From assembly GCA_035259825.1 (NCBI GenBank), contig DATFWA010000296.1, forward strand, positions 1 to 55,228: DNA of 55,228 nucleotides. Reading direction: 5' to 3'. Position 1 is the stretch's first letter. Every line of letters starts with the position of its first letter. Below the pieces are notes generated by a model. It was not told the DNA's origin and searched no databases. It saw nothing but the letters and a program-made list of their open reading frames with translations. Positions 20,501 to 27,738 of the stretch are shown here, in pieces. A program made the position numbers and the translations under genes. Source of the stretch: Candidatus Methylomirabilota bacterium (lineage in GTDB: Bacteria; Methylomirabilota; Methylomirabilia; Rokubacteriales; CSP1-6).

Positions 20501-21986
20501 TGGCTACTACCGCACCCCGATCGAGGAAGCCCTGCCGGTGACCATGGAGGTGAAGCAGAAGATCGAGATCCCGAGCCTGGCGGTGGTGCTCTCCATCGAC
20601 CGATCGGGCTCCATGGCGATGACCACTGACGAGAAGGTGACCAAGCTCGACATCGCCAAGGAAGCGGCGCATCTGGTGGTGGACCTGCTGGACGAGCGCA
20701 ACGAGGTCGGGGTCATGAGCTGGGACACCGAGTTCATCTGGGACTCGCCGCTCCGGCCCGCGCGCGACAAGCAGAGCATCCATCACGCCATCGCCACCAT
20801 CAAGGCGGGTGGCGGAACCGACGGCTACCCGGCCCTGAAGGAGTCGTACCAGGTCCTCTTCGATCGGCCGGCCCTCCTCAAGCACGTCATCTTCCTCTCG
20901 GACGGCCAGATGACCCGCGGCGATTTCGCGGGCCTGCTGCGCCGCATGGCCAAGGACAAGATCACCGTCTCCACGGTGGCCATCGGGAAGGACGCGGACG
21001 TGCCCCTGATGGTGGACGTGGCCAAGTGGGGACGCGGCCGCTTCTACTACACCGAAGACGACTCGACCATCCCGCGCATCTTCACCCTCGAGACCCAGCT
21101 CGCCTCGAAGGCCTCGCTGGTGGAGCAGCCGTTCAAGCCCACGGTGGCGAGCCCGGCCCACGAGGCCATCCAGGAGATCGACTGGAAGGAGGCCCCGCCG
21201 CTCGGCGGCTACGTGGCCACCAGCATGAAGGCCAATGCGGACCTCGTGCTGATGACACACCAGGAGGATCCGCTGCTCGCTACCTGGCGCTACGGGCTCG
21301 GCCGCTCGGTGGCGTTCACCTCCGACGCCAAGGCCAAGTGGGGCGTGCTCTGGGTCCGCTGGGGCGGCTTCAACAAGTTCTGGTCCCAGGTGACGCGGTG
21401 GGCGTTGCGGACGGGCACGCGGAGCGATACCGTGGCCACGGTCTCGCGGACCGACAACGACGGCGAGGTGCTCGTGGACGCCATCGATCCCAAGGGCGAG
21501 TTCATCAACTTCCTCGACTCGCAGGTCGGGGTGGTGTCGCCCGACAAGACCCGGACCGTGATCGATCTCGAGCAGATCGGCCCCGGCCGCTACCGCGGCC
21601 GGTTCCCCGCCGGACAAGAGGGTGTCTACCTGGTGGGCATGGCGCAGCGGCGCGCCGATCAGATGGTGGGGTCCCAGCTGGCCGGGCTGGTCGTTCCGTA
21701 CGGGAAGGAGTTCCGCGACCTCGGCGTCGACGAGACGTTCCTGCGCGAGCTGACCGAGCTGACGGGCGGCGGAATGCTCGCGGACCCGAAGGATGCGTTC
21801 CTCCAGAACCGGCACAAGTCACGGCTTAGCGTGGACATCTGGCCGTGGCTGGTCGGCGCGGTGGCCGTGCTGCTGATCCCGGAGATCGCGCTGCGGCGCA
21901 TCGGGCCGGTCGGCCTGGGCCGGCTGTGGGCCCGCGTGGGACGGCGCAAAGGAGGGGCAGGGCATGAGAACGCTGACCGGAGCTAG
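17595..21986 (+). CDS. 1463-aa multi-domain membrane protein: BatA-type N-terminal double-TM domain, three VWA domains and glutamine-amidotransferase-like modules
   Basis: The N-terminus is MNFLSPLALLMATLAVPLLLLYFLKVRRR. DxSxS MIDAS motifs lie at nt 17877 (DSSAS), 19572 (DASDS) and 20598 (DRSGS). There is an internal TM pair and a C-terminal TM. ATGA overlap with the DUF58 gene. Confidence 0.88.
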   Translation: MNFLSPLALLMATLAVPLLLLYFLKVRRRQMRVSSLLLWDPSLRDREASTFFQRLQRDPLLILQILALLALTVALARPAVNVMGQGAKRVAIVIDSSASMKATDVPGSRFIQAQRAALGLLGQLGEGAEVMVIDAGVQPKVLVPFTREHDRVASAIRSMEAHDLPNRLAEGLRTARALVGPDPRAEIHVFTDGAHPDAARAQGNDVRVRWTGTGRRSHNVGITSLAVRRNYFGAYNSQAFFSVGNFSSEQQSLSLRLTLDDEVLSERTLTLGPQVRRAIVVPFSEQRGGVLKLRLDVSDDLDADNVAYAVIPPPRTIAVLLVSPGNLFLEKVLQTDPQVKLEVRKPDAYQGGMEGFDVVVVDSVSPQKLGNGRFVLVNTVPTDVPIEVLGRLDSPTIMDWDRTHPIMRQVDLAKVTMEDAMRVRPLAAGKTLVEAVGGPLIYALEERDRKALFFGFDLFRSDFPLRVAFPLMLSKGLRWLHPAGLDQSSLQLQAGQPILLPVEHGVTTATVRTPSGRSVRAQVNRGMASFTETDEVGVYAVVTARGETRVAVNLMNADESDLTPQPLPTYVEGARPESPPVLIQRELWPLFVALALLLFALEGFLYWRRQTGGRLGLPRGLGDRWALGLRCLLLAVLLLSLARPTVPRWADRLNVTFLLDASDSVSLAARESAYRFASQAVGAMQPGDQAGLVVFGEEAVVDQPLRPITKIERPQAQVPGRGTNLAQALQLGLATAPAGQANRFVLLTDGRQNQGNALAVAQAAKDAGADIYYVPAPLTFTQEVVVESMVLPQEVKFGEPFQAKVVAWSQAEAQGRLSLYRNGEFLGSQVVRLSPGKNVYTYRQSLEQSGIHVYQAALDVDGDTIEENNRAIGTLVVRGRPQVLLAEKDRTQAQALSAALRSQHVDVTVVEADKIPKDMAGLQKYDGVILSNVSSLKMTKKQMENIRDYVREQGGGLIMLGGEESFGLGGYYRTPIEEALPVTMEVKQKIEIPSLAVVLSIDRSGSMAMTTDEKVTKLDIAKEAAHLVVDLLDERNEVGVMSWDTEFIWDSPLRPARDKQSIHHAIATIKAGGGTDGYPALKESYQVLFDRPALLKHVIFLSDGQMTRGDFAGLLRRMAKDKITVSTVAIGKDADVPLMVDVAKWGRGRFYYTEDDSTIPRIFTLETQLASKASLVEQPFKPTVASPAHEAIQEIDWKEAPPLGGYVATSMKANADLVLMTHQEDPLLATWRYGLGRSVAFTSDAKAKWGVLWVRWGGFNKFWSQVTRWALRTGTRSDTVATVSRTDNDGEVLVDAIDPKGEFINFLDSQVGVVSPDKTRTVIDLEQIGPGRYRGRFPAGQEGVYLVGMAQRRADQMVGSQLAGLVVPYGKEFRDLGVDETFLRELTELTGGGMLADPKDAFLQNRHKSRLSVDIWPWLVGAVAVLLIPEIALRRIGPVGLGRLWARVGRRKGGAGHENADRS

Positions 21987-23310
21987 GAAGGTCGTCGTCA
22001 CCGCACTGCTGCTCACGCTCGCCGGAGCGGCGAGCCCGGAGGCGGCCCCGAAGCCGCGCAACGTCCTGATCGTGCCGTTCGAGGGCGCCGACCTCACGCG
22101 GGAAGAGCAGTGGATCGGTGAAGGGATCGCCCAGTCGCTCATGCTCGCCCTCGTCAACGTGCCGGGTCTCGTGCAGATCGATCGCGACCGTCTCCGTCAA
22201 CTGCCGCAGCCCGAGGCCTGGGACGAGGCGGCCACGCTCGGCGCGGCCAGGAAACTCGCCGCGGACGTGGCGCTCTACGGCGAGGTAAAGCGCACCGGGA
22301 CGGACCTCATCGTGCAGCCGCGCTTCCTCGAACTGCGCGGGGAAAAGGTCGACAAGGGAGCGCTCGATACCTTCACGGTGGCGGAAGGTCAGCTCCTCGA
22401 CCGTCTGCGCCCGCTGCCCGCCGCCTACCTCAAGGCTCTCAACGCGCCCGCCACGGACGCCGAGCAGGCTCGCGCCCAGAAGTGGGCGGCGCCCACCGCG
22501 CAGCTCAAGGCCTACGAGCTGTACGTGCGGGGACGGCAGGCCGGCTATCGCGGGACGCAGGACGGCAACGAGGCAGCGGTGGAGTTTCTGAGCCGCGCCA
22601 TCGAGGCCGATCCTCAGTTCGTGGCCGCTCAGTACGCGCTCGGCGTGGTCCACCAGAACCTGGGCAACCGATGGAAGGCGGCCGCCCAGTTCCGGGCCTC
22701 GGCCCAGCTCGATCCCGCCTACCCCGAGCCGTACAAGGCGCTCGGAGATCTGTACCTGACGGCGCCGCGTCGGCTCTTCGAGGAGGCGATCAAGGCCTAC
22801 GCAAAGGCCATCGAGCTGCGTCCGTTCTTCGCCGATGCACACGTGGGGCTCGGCGACGCGCTGGCCGCGAAGGGTGATATCGACCCGGCGGTGGCCGCGT
22901 ACCGGAAGGGGCTCGAGTTCAACCCGATGAACGCCAAGGTGCACGTGAGCCTCGGGAAGATCTACTACTCCGAGAAGGGTCTCTACTACGAGTCGGTGAC
23001 CGCCTACAAGAAGGCGATCGAGCTCGATCCCACCTATCTGGAGGCGCGGACGGGTCTGGCCGAGGTCTACGAGGACAAGGGTCTCTACAAGGAGGCCATT
23101 GAGGAGTATCGCAAGGTCGTCGACGCGGACGCCAAGAACACGGGTGCGCTCTACAATCTGGCGCTGGTGTACGAGAAGGTGGATCCAAAGGAATCCATCT
23201 CGTTGTGGGAGCGATACATCGGGCTGGCCAGCAGCCTGCCGTCCGAGAAGGACTGGGTGGACGTCGCCAAGCTACACCTGAAGAAGCTGAAGCAGCAGCA
23301 TCCCAACTAA
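21964..23310 (+). CDS. secreted or periplasmic TPR-repeat protein
   Basis: Signal-like VVVTALLLTLAGAASPEAA, then repeated A..Y..AIELDP..A-type TPR units. 23-nt overlap with the upstream gene. Confidence 0.85.
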   Translation: MRTLTGARKVVVTALLLTLAGAASPEAAPKPRNVLIVPFEGADLTREEQWIGEGIAQSLMLALVNVPGLVQIDRDRLRQLPQPEAWDEAATLGAARKLAADVALYGEVKRTGTDLIVQPRFLELRGEKVDKGALDTFTVAEGQLLDRLRPLPAAYLKALNAPATDAEQARAQKWAAPTAQLKAYELYVRGRQAGYRGTQDGNEAAVEFLSRAIEADPQFVAAQYALGVVHQNLGNRWKAAAQFRASAQLDPAYPEPYKALGDLYLTAPRRLFEEAIKAYAKAIELRPFFADAHVGLGDALAAKGDIDPAVAAYRKGLEFNPMNAKVHVSLGKIYYSEKGLYYESVTAYKKAIELDPTYLEARTGLAEVYEDKGLYKEAIEEYRKVVDADAKNTGALYNLALVYEKVDPKESISLWERYIGLASSLPSEKDWVDVAKLHLKKLKQQHPN

Positions 23311-23502
23311 GCGAGCCCGTCTTCACCTCGGGTCGATATCGATCGATCCGGGGCGCTGGCCGGTGGGCCAAAGTTGAGCGGCTCCGCCGGATTCAGTCAC
23401 GTCACTTGACTGAGTGCGTCAGGGGACATCGGCCAACCATCAATGAAATCAAAGGTATGAGAGGCACCTGCTTGTGGCCCCGGTCTTGCTGCGATTGTGG
23501 GC

Positions 23503-23910
23503 ATGTACTGGGTGGCGCGGGCGATCCGGAAGGGGAAGCGCCACGAGCGTGGATTCACGCTCGTCGAGCTGATGGTCGTCGTGGCCGTCATCGGCGTGCT
23601 CGCAACCCTCGCGATTCCTCTCTACACGAACGTCCAGGCGCGCAGCCGCCTGGCGAAGGCCCAGGCCGATTCGCGCACGCTGGCCTCTGCGGTCAGCGTC
23701 TACGGCACTCACATGGGGCAGATCCCGACGGCGCTCACGCAGCTCACCGTCGTTGCCACCAACGCCCAGGGCCTTCATGCTGGTCCGTTCGTCGCGAGCG
23801 TTCCTGCGGCGCCGGGTGGGTGGGTCGCCTACACGTACACGCCGAACACGGTGACCGGGACGTTCACGATCACCACCAGCGGAGACGGCACCACCGTCAG
23901 CATTCCCTAG
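23503..23910 (+). CDS. prepilin-type N-terminal cleavage/methylation domain protein (type IV pilin / T2SS pseudopilin-like)
   Basis: [41 protein letters not shown] (G/FTLxE class III signal peptide). Confidence 0.8.
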   Translation: MYWVARAIRKGKRHERGFTLVELMVVVAVIGVLATLAIPLYTNVQARSRLAKAQADSRTLASAVSVYGTHMGQIPTALTQLTVVATNAQGLHAGPFVASVPAAPGGWVAYTYTPNTVTGTFTITTSGDGTTVSIP

Positions 23911-23958
23911 CGCGCATCGTCTACGGCGCGCGCGGCCGCCGCAACGCCGGGGGCATCC

Positions 23959-23987
23959 TTGACTAACCGGAGTGCATTTTCTATCGT
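23959..23987 (+). promoter_or_regulatory. possible promoter TTGACT-N17-TATCGT that would give a near-leaderless transcript for the GalT-like gene
   Basis: -35 at 23959-23964 and -10 at 23982-23987. ATG at 23997 with no Shine-Dalgarno. Confidence 0.3.
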
Positions 23988-23996
23988 GAACCAATC

Positions 23997-24980
23997 ATGA
24001 GCGATCTGCGAAAAGATCCGACCCGCGGCCGCTGGGTGCTCGTGCGGCCCGGCCGCAAGCGGCCCGCGTCCTCGGTGTGTCCGTTCTGTCCGGGCAACGA
24101 GTCTCTTACCCCGCCGGAGATCTTCGCGTATCGCAAGGAAGGCGCACGTCCGAACGGACCGGGTTGGACGGTGCGCGTGATCCCGGAGGCGGATCCGTAC
24201 TTCCGCATCGAGCAGGAGCTGGTGCGCGAGGGCGTGGGACTCTACGACCGGATCTCTCCACGCGGGGCCACCGAGCTGATCGTGGAGAGCCCGAGCCACG
24301 ACGATACTGCGGCGACCCTCGGTGACGGGCAGTGGGCACAGGTGCTCTGGATGTACGGCGAGCGCATCCGCGACCTCAAGCAAGACCAGAGCATTCGCGA
24401 CATCCTGGTGACCCGGCGGCACCGCGCACCCGGCTCGCAGATCACCCACCCGTACTCCCGGCTCACCGCGATCCCGATCATCTTCGACGAGGTTCGCCGC
24501 AAGCTGCGGGAGTGTCGGGAGCACTACGAGTACAAGCGGCGCTGCGTGTACTGCGACATGATCCGTCAGGAGATCGCCGCCGGCGATCGAGTGGTCCGGC
24601 TCACCGACCACTTCCTCGCGCTCTCGCCCTACGCGGCCCGATCGCCGTTCGAGACGTGGATCCTTCCCCGGCAGCACAGTTGCCTATACGAAGGGTCGCT
24701 GACCGGCGAGGTGGTATCCGATCTGGGCAGCATTCTGGGCGGCCTGTTCCGGACTCTGGCCGGCAAGCTGGGCGATCCCGCCTTCGAGATGACCCTCTAC
24801 ACCGCGCCGAACCTGGCGGCCAAGATCCTGCCGGGTGAGTGGGCCACGATCGCGGACGACTATCACTGGCACATCGAGGTCTGTACTACGCCCGACCGCT
24901 CCAACGGCGTCGGAGGGATCCACGTCAACGACACCCCACCCGAGGACGCCGCCAAGGAACTGCGCGACTCCTGGATGTAG
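23997..24980 (+). CDS. galactose-1-phosphate uridylyltransferase (GalT)-like HIT-superfamily protein with a non-canonical active-site motif
   Basis: The N-terminus is DPTRGRWVLV...CPFCPGNE (zinc/CxxC). The central motif is GSQITHPYSRLTAIP where the family has HPHxQ. The second half contains CVYCDMI, SPYAARSPFETWILP and YHWHIEV. Confidence 0.8.
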   Translation: MSDLRKDPTRGRWVLVRPGRKRPASSVCPFCPGNESLTPPEIFAYRKEGARPNGPGWTVRVIPEADPYFRIEQELVREGVGLYDRISPRGATELIVESPSHDDTAATLGDGQWAQVLWMYGERIRDLKQDQSIRDILVTRRHRAPGSQITHPYSRLTAIPIIFDEVRRKLRECREHYEYKRRCVYCDMIRQEIAAGDRVVRLTDHFLALSPYAARSPFETWILPRQHSCLYEGSLTGEVVSDLGSILGGLFRTLAGKLGDPAFEMTLYTAPNLAAKILPGEWATIADDYHWHIEVCTTPDRSNGVGGIHVNDTPPEDAAKELRDSWM

Positions 24981-25093
24981 GCCCCCGCATGTAGGTCGCC
25001 CCGGCCACCCGGTCAGACCACCGTAAGACCAGACTCCACCAGGCGGATTCGATCCCCCTCCGCCTTGACAAGAGCCACCCGGGCTGGCAAACT

Positions 25094-25124
25094 CCGACCG
25101 TAGGAGTCGGAGACCCGTAGGGTC
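25094..25124. promoter_or_regulatory. candidate IscR/Rrf2 operator(s): two adjacent inverted repeats downstream of a TTGACA box
   Basis: CCGAC-CGTAGGA-GTCGG (25094-25110) and GACCC-GTA-GGGTC (25112-25124). The core resembles the type-1 IscR half-site arrangement YYGAC...GTCRR. TTGACA is at 25065-25070. Confidence 0.3.
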
Positions 25125-25184
25125 GTATATCTGTAGGTCATGGCAGGAGCGGCTAACGGGTCGGCCTGAGTACAGGGGATCGAT

Positions 25185-25625
25185 GTGCTGAGATTCACAA
25201 AGCGGGCGGACTACGGATTGATGGCGATCCACTTCATCGCCTCCCACGGCGACGATGGAGCGGTGAGCGCGAAGCGAATTGCCGAGGAGTTCCACATCCC
25301 GCCCGAGCGGCTGGCCAAGATCCTCCAGCGCCTGGCGAAGAAGAAGCTGATCGCGAGCCACAACGGGCCCAAGGGCGGCTACGTGCTGACCCGGCCGGCG
25401 TCGAAGATCACGGTCGGCCAGGTGGTTCGGGCCCTGGAAGGGCCGCTGAGCGTGGTCAGCTGCATGACGTCTCACGACGACTGCCCGCAGTTCGCGCGGT
25501 GCAACCTGCGCGGGCCGGTGCAGAAGATCCAGGCCGGGATCACCCGGGTGCTCGACGGCATGACGCTCGCGGAGCTGGCCCCGGAACCCACGGTTCCGGT
25601 GACGCCGCTGGCGAGCATTCACTAG
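25185..25625 (+). CDS. iscR: Rrf2-family transcriptional regulator, IscR-like
   Basis: MLRFTKRADYGLMAIHFIA wHTH and a Cys cluster SCMTSHDDCPQFARC. First gene of the isc operon. Confidence 0.88.
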   Translation: MLRFTKRADYGLMAIHFIASHGDDGAVSAKRIAEEFHIPPERLAKILQRLAKKKLIASHNGPKGGYVLTRPASKITVGQVVRALEGPLSVVSCMTSHDDCPQFARCNLRGPVQKIQAGITRVLDGMTLAELAPEPTVPVTPLASIH

Positions 25626-25638
25626 GAGAGAAAGGGCA

Positions 25639-26865
25639 ATGGCGTTGAAGCTACCTATCTTCATGGACAGTCAGTCCACGACCCCGGTGGATCCCCGGGT
25701 GCTCGAGGCGATGATCCCGTACTTCACGGAGAAGTTCGGCCATCCCGCGAGCCGCAACCATCCCTTCGGATGGGAGGCGGAGGGCGGGGTGGACAAGGCT
25801 CGCGAGCAGATCGCGCGGTTGATCGGCGCGCGCGATCCGAAGGAAGTGGTGTTCACGTCTGGGGGCACCGAGGCGATCAACCTGGCCTTGAAGGGCGTGG
25901 CCGAGATGTACCGGGAGAAGGGCAATCACATTGTCACCACCACCATCGAGCAGCGGGCCACGCTCGACGTGTGCAAGCGGCTCGAGCGGCAGGGCTTCGA
26001 GGTGACCTACCTGCCGGTGGGCCGCGACGGCTTGCTGGACGTCGAGGCGGTTCGCGCGGCACTGACCCCCAAAACCATCCTCATCTCGGTGATGTTCGCC
26101 AACAACGAGATCGGGACGATCCAGCCGATCGCCGAGCTGGGCAAGCTGGCCAAGGAGAAGGGGATCATCTTCCACACCGACGCCACCCAAGCGGTCGGCA
26201 AGGTCCCGGTGGACGTCGAGGTCATGGGCGTCGATCTGCTCTCGGCTACGGCCCACATGCTCTACGGCCCGAAGGGCGTCGGCGCGCTCTACGTGCGGCG
26301 GAAGAACCCGCGCGTGCGCCTGGCCCCGATGGTGGACGGCGGTGGTCACGAGCGCGGCATGCGCTCGGGCACGGTGCCGGTGCCCCTCGCGGTCGGCTTC
26401 GGCAAGGCGGCGGAGATCGCCCGCGAGGAGATGGCCGACGAGTCGAAGCGGCTGGCAGCACTGCGGGACCGGCTGCAGGAGCAGATCCTCTCGAAGGTGG
26501 ACGAGGCGTATGTCAATGGCCATCCCACCCTCCGGCTGCCCCACAACTTGAACATCTCCTTCGCCTACGTGGAAGGCGAGTCGGTGCTGATGGGGCTCAA
26601 CCGCGAAGCCGCGCTGGCTTCGGGCTCGGCCTGCACCTCGGCGACGCTCGAGCCCTCCTATGTCATCTCCGCCCTCGGGGTGGACTCGGAGCTGGCCCAT
26701 TCGTCGATCCGCTTCGGGCTGCACCGGTTCACCAGCGAAGAAGAAGTGGACTTCGTGGCGACCAAGACGGTGGAGGTCATCCAGCGCCTGCGGGAGATGT
26801 CGCCGCTCTACGAGCTCGCGAAGGAAGGCGTGGACCTCAAGTCGATTCATTGGAAGGCGGAATAA
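25639..26865 (+). CDS. iscS: cysteine desulfurase IscS
   Basis: FTSGGTEAINLA, the SATAHMLYGPKGVGALY region, catalytic loop SGSACTS, and a C-terminal ...WKAE tail. Confidence 0.95.
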   Translation: MALKLPIFMDSQSTTPVDPRVLEAMIPYFTEKFGHPASRNHPFGWEAEGGVDKAREQIARLIGARDPKEVVFTSGGTEAINLALKGVAEMYREKGNHIVTTTIEQRATLDVCKRLERQGFEVTYLPVGRDGLLDVEAVRAALTPKTILISVMFANNEIGTIQPIAELGKLAKEKGIIFHTDATQAVGKVPVDVEVMGVDLLSATAHMLYGPKGVGALYVRRKNPRVRLAPMVDGGGHERGMRSGTVPVPLAVGFGKAAEIAREEMADESKRLAALRDRLQEQILSKVDEAYVNGHPTLRLPHNLNISFAYVEGESVLMGLNREAALASGSACTSATLEPSYVISALGVDSELAHSSIRFGLHRFTSEEEVDFVATKTVEVIQRLREMSPLYELAKEGVDLKSIHWKAE

Positions 26866-26908
26866 CGGGCGATAGCCCTCAGGCAATCATTCAGGAGGAC
26901 GTGCGGAC

Positions 26909-27325
26909 ATGGCCTACAGCGATAAGGTGGTCGACCATTACAACAACCCGCGCAACGTGGGCTCCTTCACCAAGGACACCCCCGGGGTCGGGACGGGACT
27001 GGTGGGCGCGCCCGAATGCGGCGACGTCATGAAGCTGCAGATCAAGGTCAACGTCGAAACCGGGGTCATCGAGGACGCCAAGTTCAAGACCTTCGGCTGC
27101 GGCAGCGCCATCGCTTCGTCCAGCCTGGCCACCGAGTGGTTGAAGGGCCGGACGGTGGACGAGGCGTCCAAGATCAAAAACACCGAGATCGTGAACGAGC
27201 TGAAGCTCCCGCCCGTGAAGATCCACTGCTCGGTGCTGGCAGAGGACGCGATCAAGGCCGCGCTCCAGGACTACCGCGAGAAGTGGATCAAGAGCGAAGC
27301 CCCCTCGGGGCGGGACGCGTCGTAA
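26909..27325 (+). CDS. iscU: Fe-S cluster assembly scaffold IscU
   Basis: MAYSDKVVDHYNNPRNVGS, CGDVMKL, FGCGSAIASSS and LPPVKIHCSVLAEDAI; all three Cys ligands are present. Confidence 0.95.
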   Translation: MAYSDKVVDHYNNPRNVGSFTKDTPGVGTGLVGAPECGDVMKLQIKVNVETGVIEDAKFKTFGCGSAIASSSLATEWLKGRTVDEASKIKNTEIVNELKLPPVKIHCSVLAEDAIKAALQDYREKWIKSEAPSGRDAS

Positions 27326-27347
27326 GGAGAAAGGGAGAGCGACGTCC

Positions 27348-27674
27348 ATGGCGCTGGCGATGACCGACAACGCGGTGAAGCAGGTCAAGAGCCTCATCGA
27401 GGCCCAGAAGCTGGAGAACGTCTTTCTCCGCATGGGCGTCAAGGGAGGAGGCTGCTCGGGTCTGTCCTATTCACTGGAGTTCGACAACGAGATCGGGCCC
27501 CACGACAAGAAGTTCGACATCGACGGGGTCCAGGTCGTGTGTGACAAGAAGAGCTACCTGTACCTCAACGGCACCACGCTCGACTACGTGATGCAGGGGC
27601 TGACGGGGGGCTTCACCTTCGTCAATCCCAACGCGAAATCGAGCTGTGGGTGCGGCACTTCGTTCTCGGCCTAG
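27348..27674 (+). CDS. iscA: Fe-S cluster insertion protein IscA (HesB family)
   Basis: LRMGVKGGGCSGLSY...NPNAKSSCGCGTSFSA. Confidence 0.92.
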   Translation: MALAMTDNAVKQVKSLIEAQKLENVFLRMGVKGGGCSGLSYSLEFDNEIGPHDKKFDIDGVQVVCDKKSYLYLNGTTLDYVMQGLTGGFTFVNPNAKSSCGCGTSFSA

Positions 27675-27696
27675 GGCCCGGATCGGAACGAGCGAC

Positions 27697-27727
27697 AACG
27701 GGCCCTGACGGGCCCGTTCTTCTTTTC
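27697..27727 (+). terminator. intrinsic terminator/attenuator inside the isc operon, between iscA and hscB
   Basis: AACGGGCCC-TGAC-GGGCCCGTT (9-bp perfect stem) followed by CTTCTTTTC. Confidence 0.6.
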
Positions 27728-27738
27728 AGGGACGATCG

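Noticed and set aside
23311-23496. Possible riboswitch (for example c-di-GMP) or sRNA in the AT-richer spacer upstream of the pseudopilin gene.
   Set aside because: I could not recognise any conserved riboswitch core motifs (no GEMM-like GGCAAA / GGGACGCAAAGCC elements). Only a short inverted repeat is present, and it is reported as a low-interest finding.
25042-25064. tRNA-like fragment GGCGGATTCGATCCCCCTCCGCC upstream of iscR (T-loop-like TTCGAT); considered as a possible tRNA gene or integration-site remnant.
   Set aside because: It cannot be folded into a T-arm plus acceptor stem (the G53-C61 pairing is missing and the loop is 13 nt). There is no upstream cloverleaf sequence, no integrase and no direct repeat nearby.
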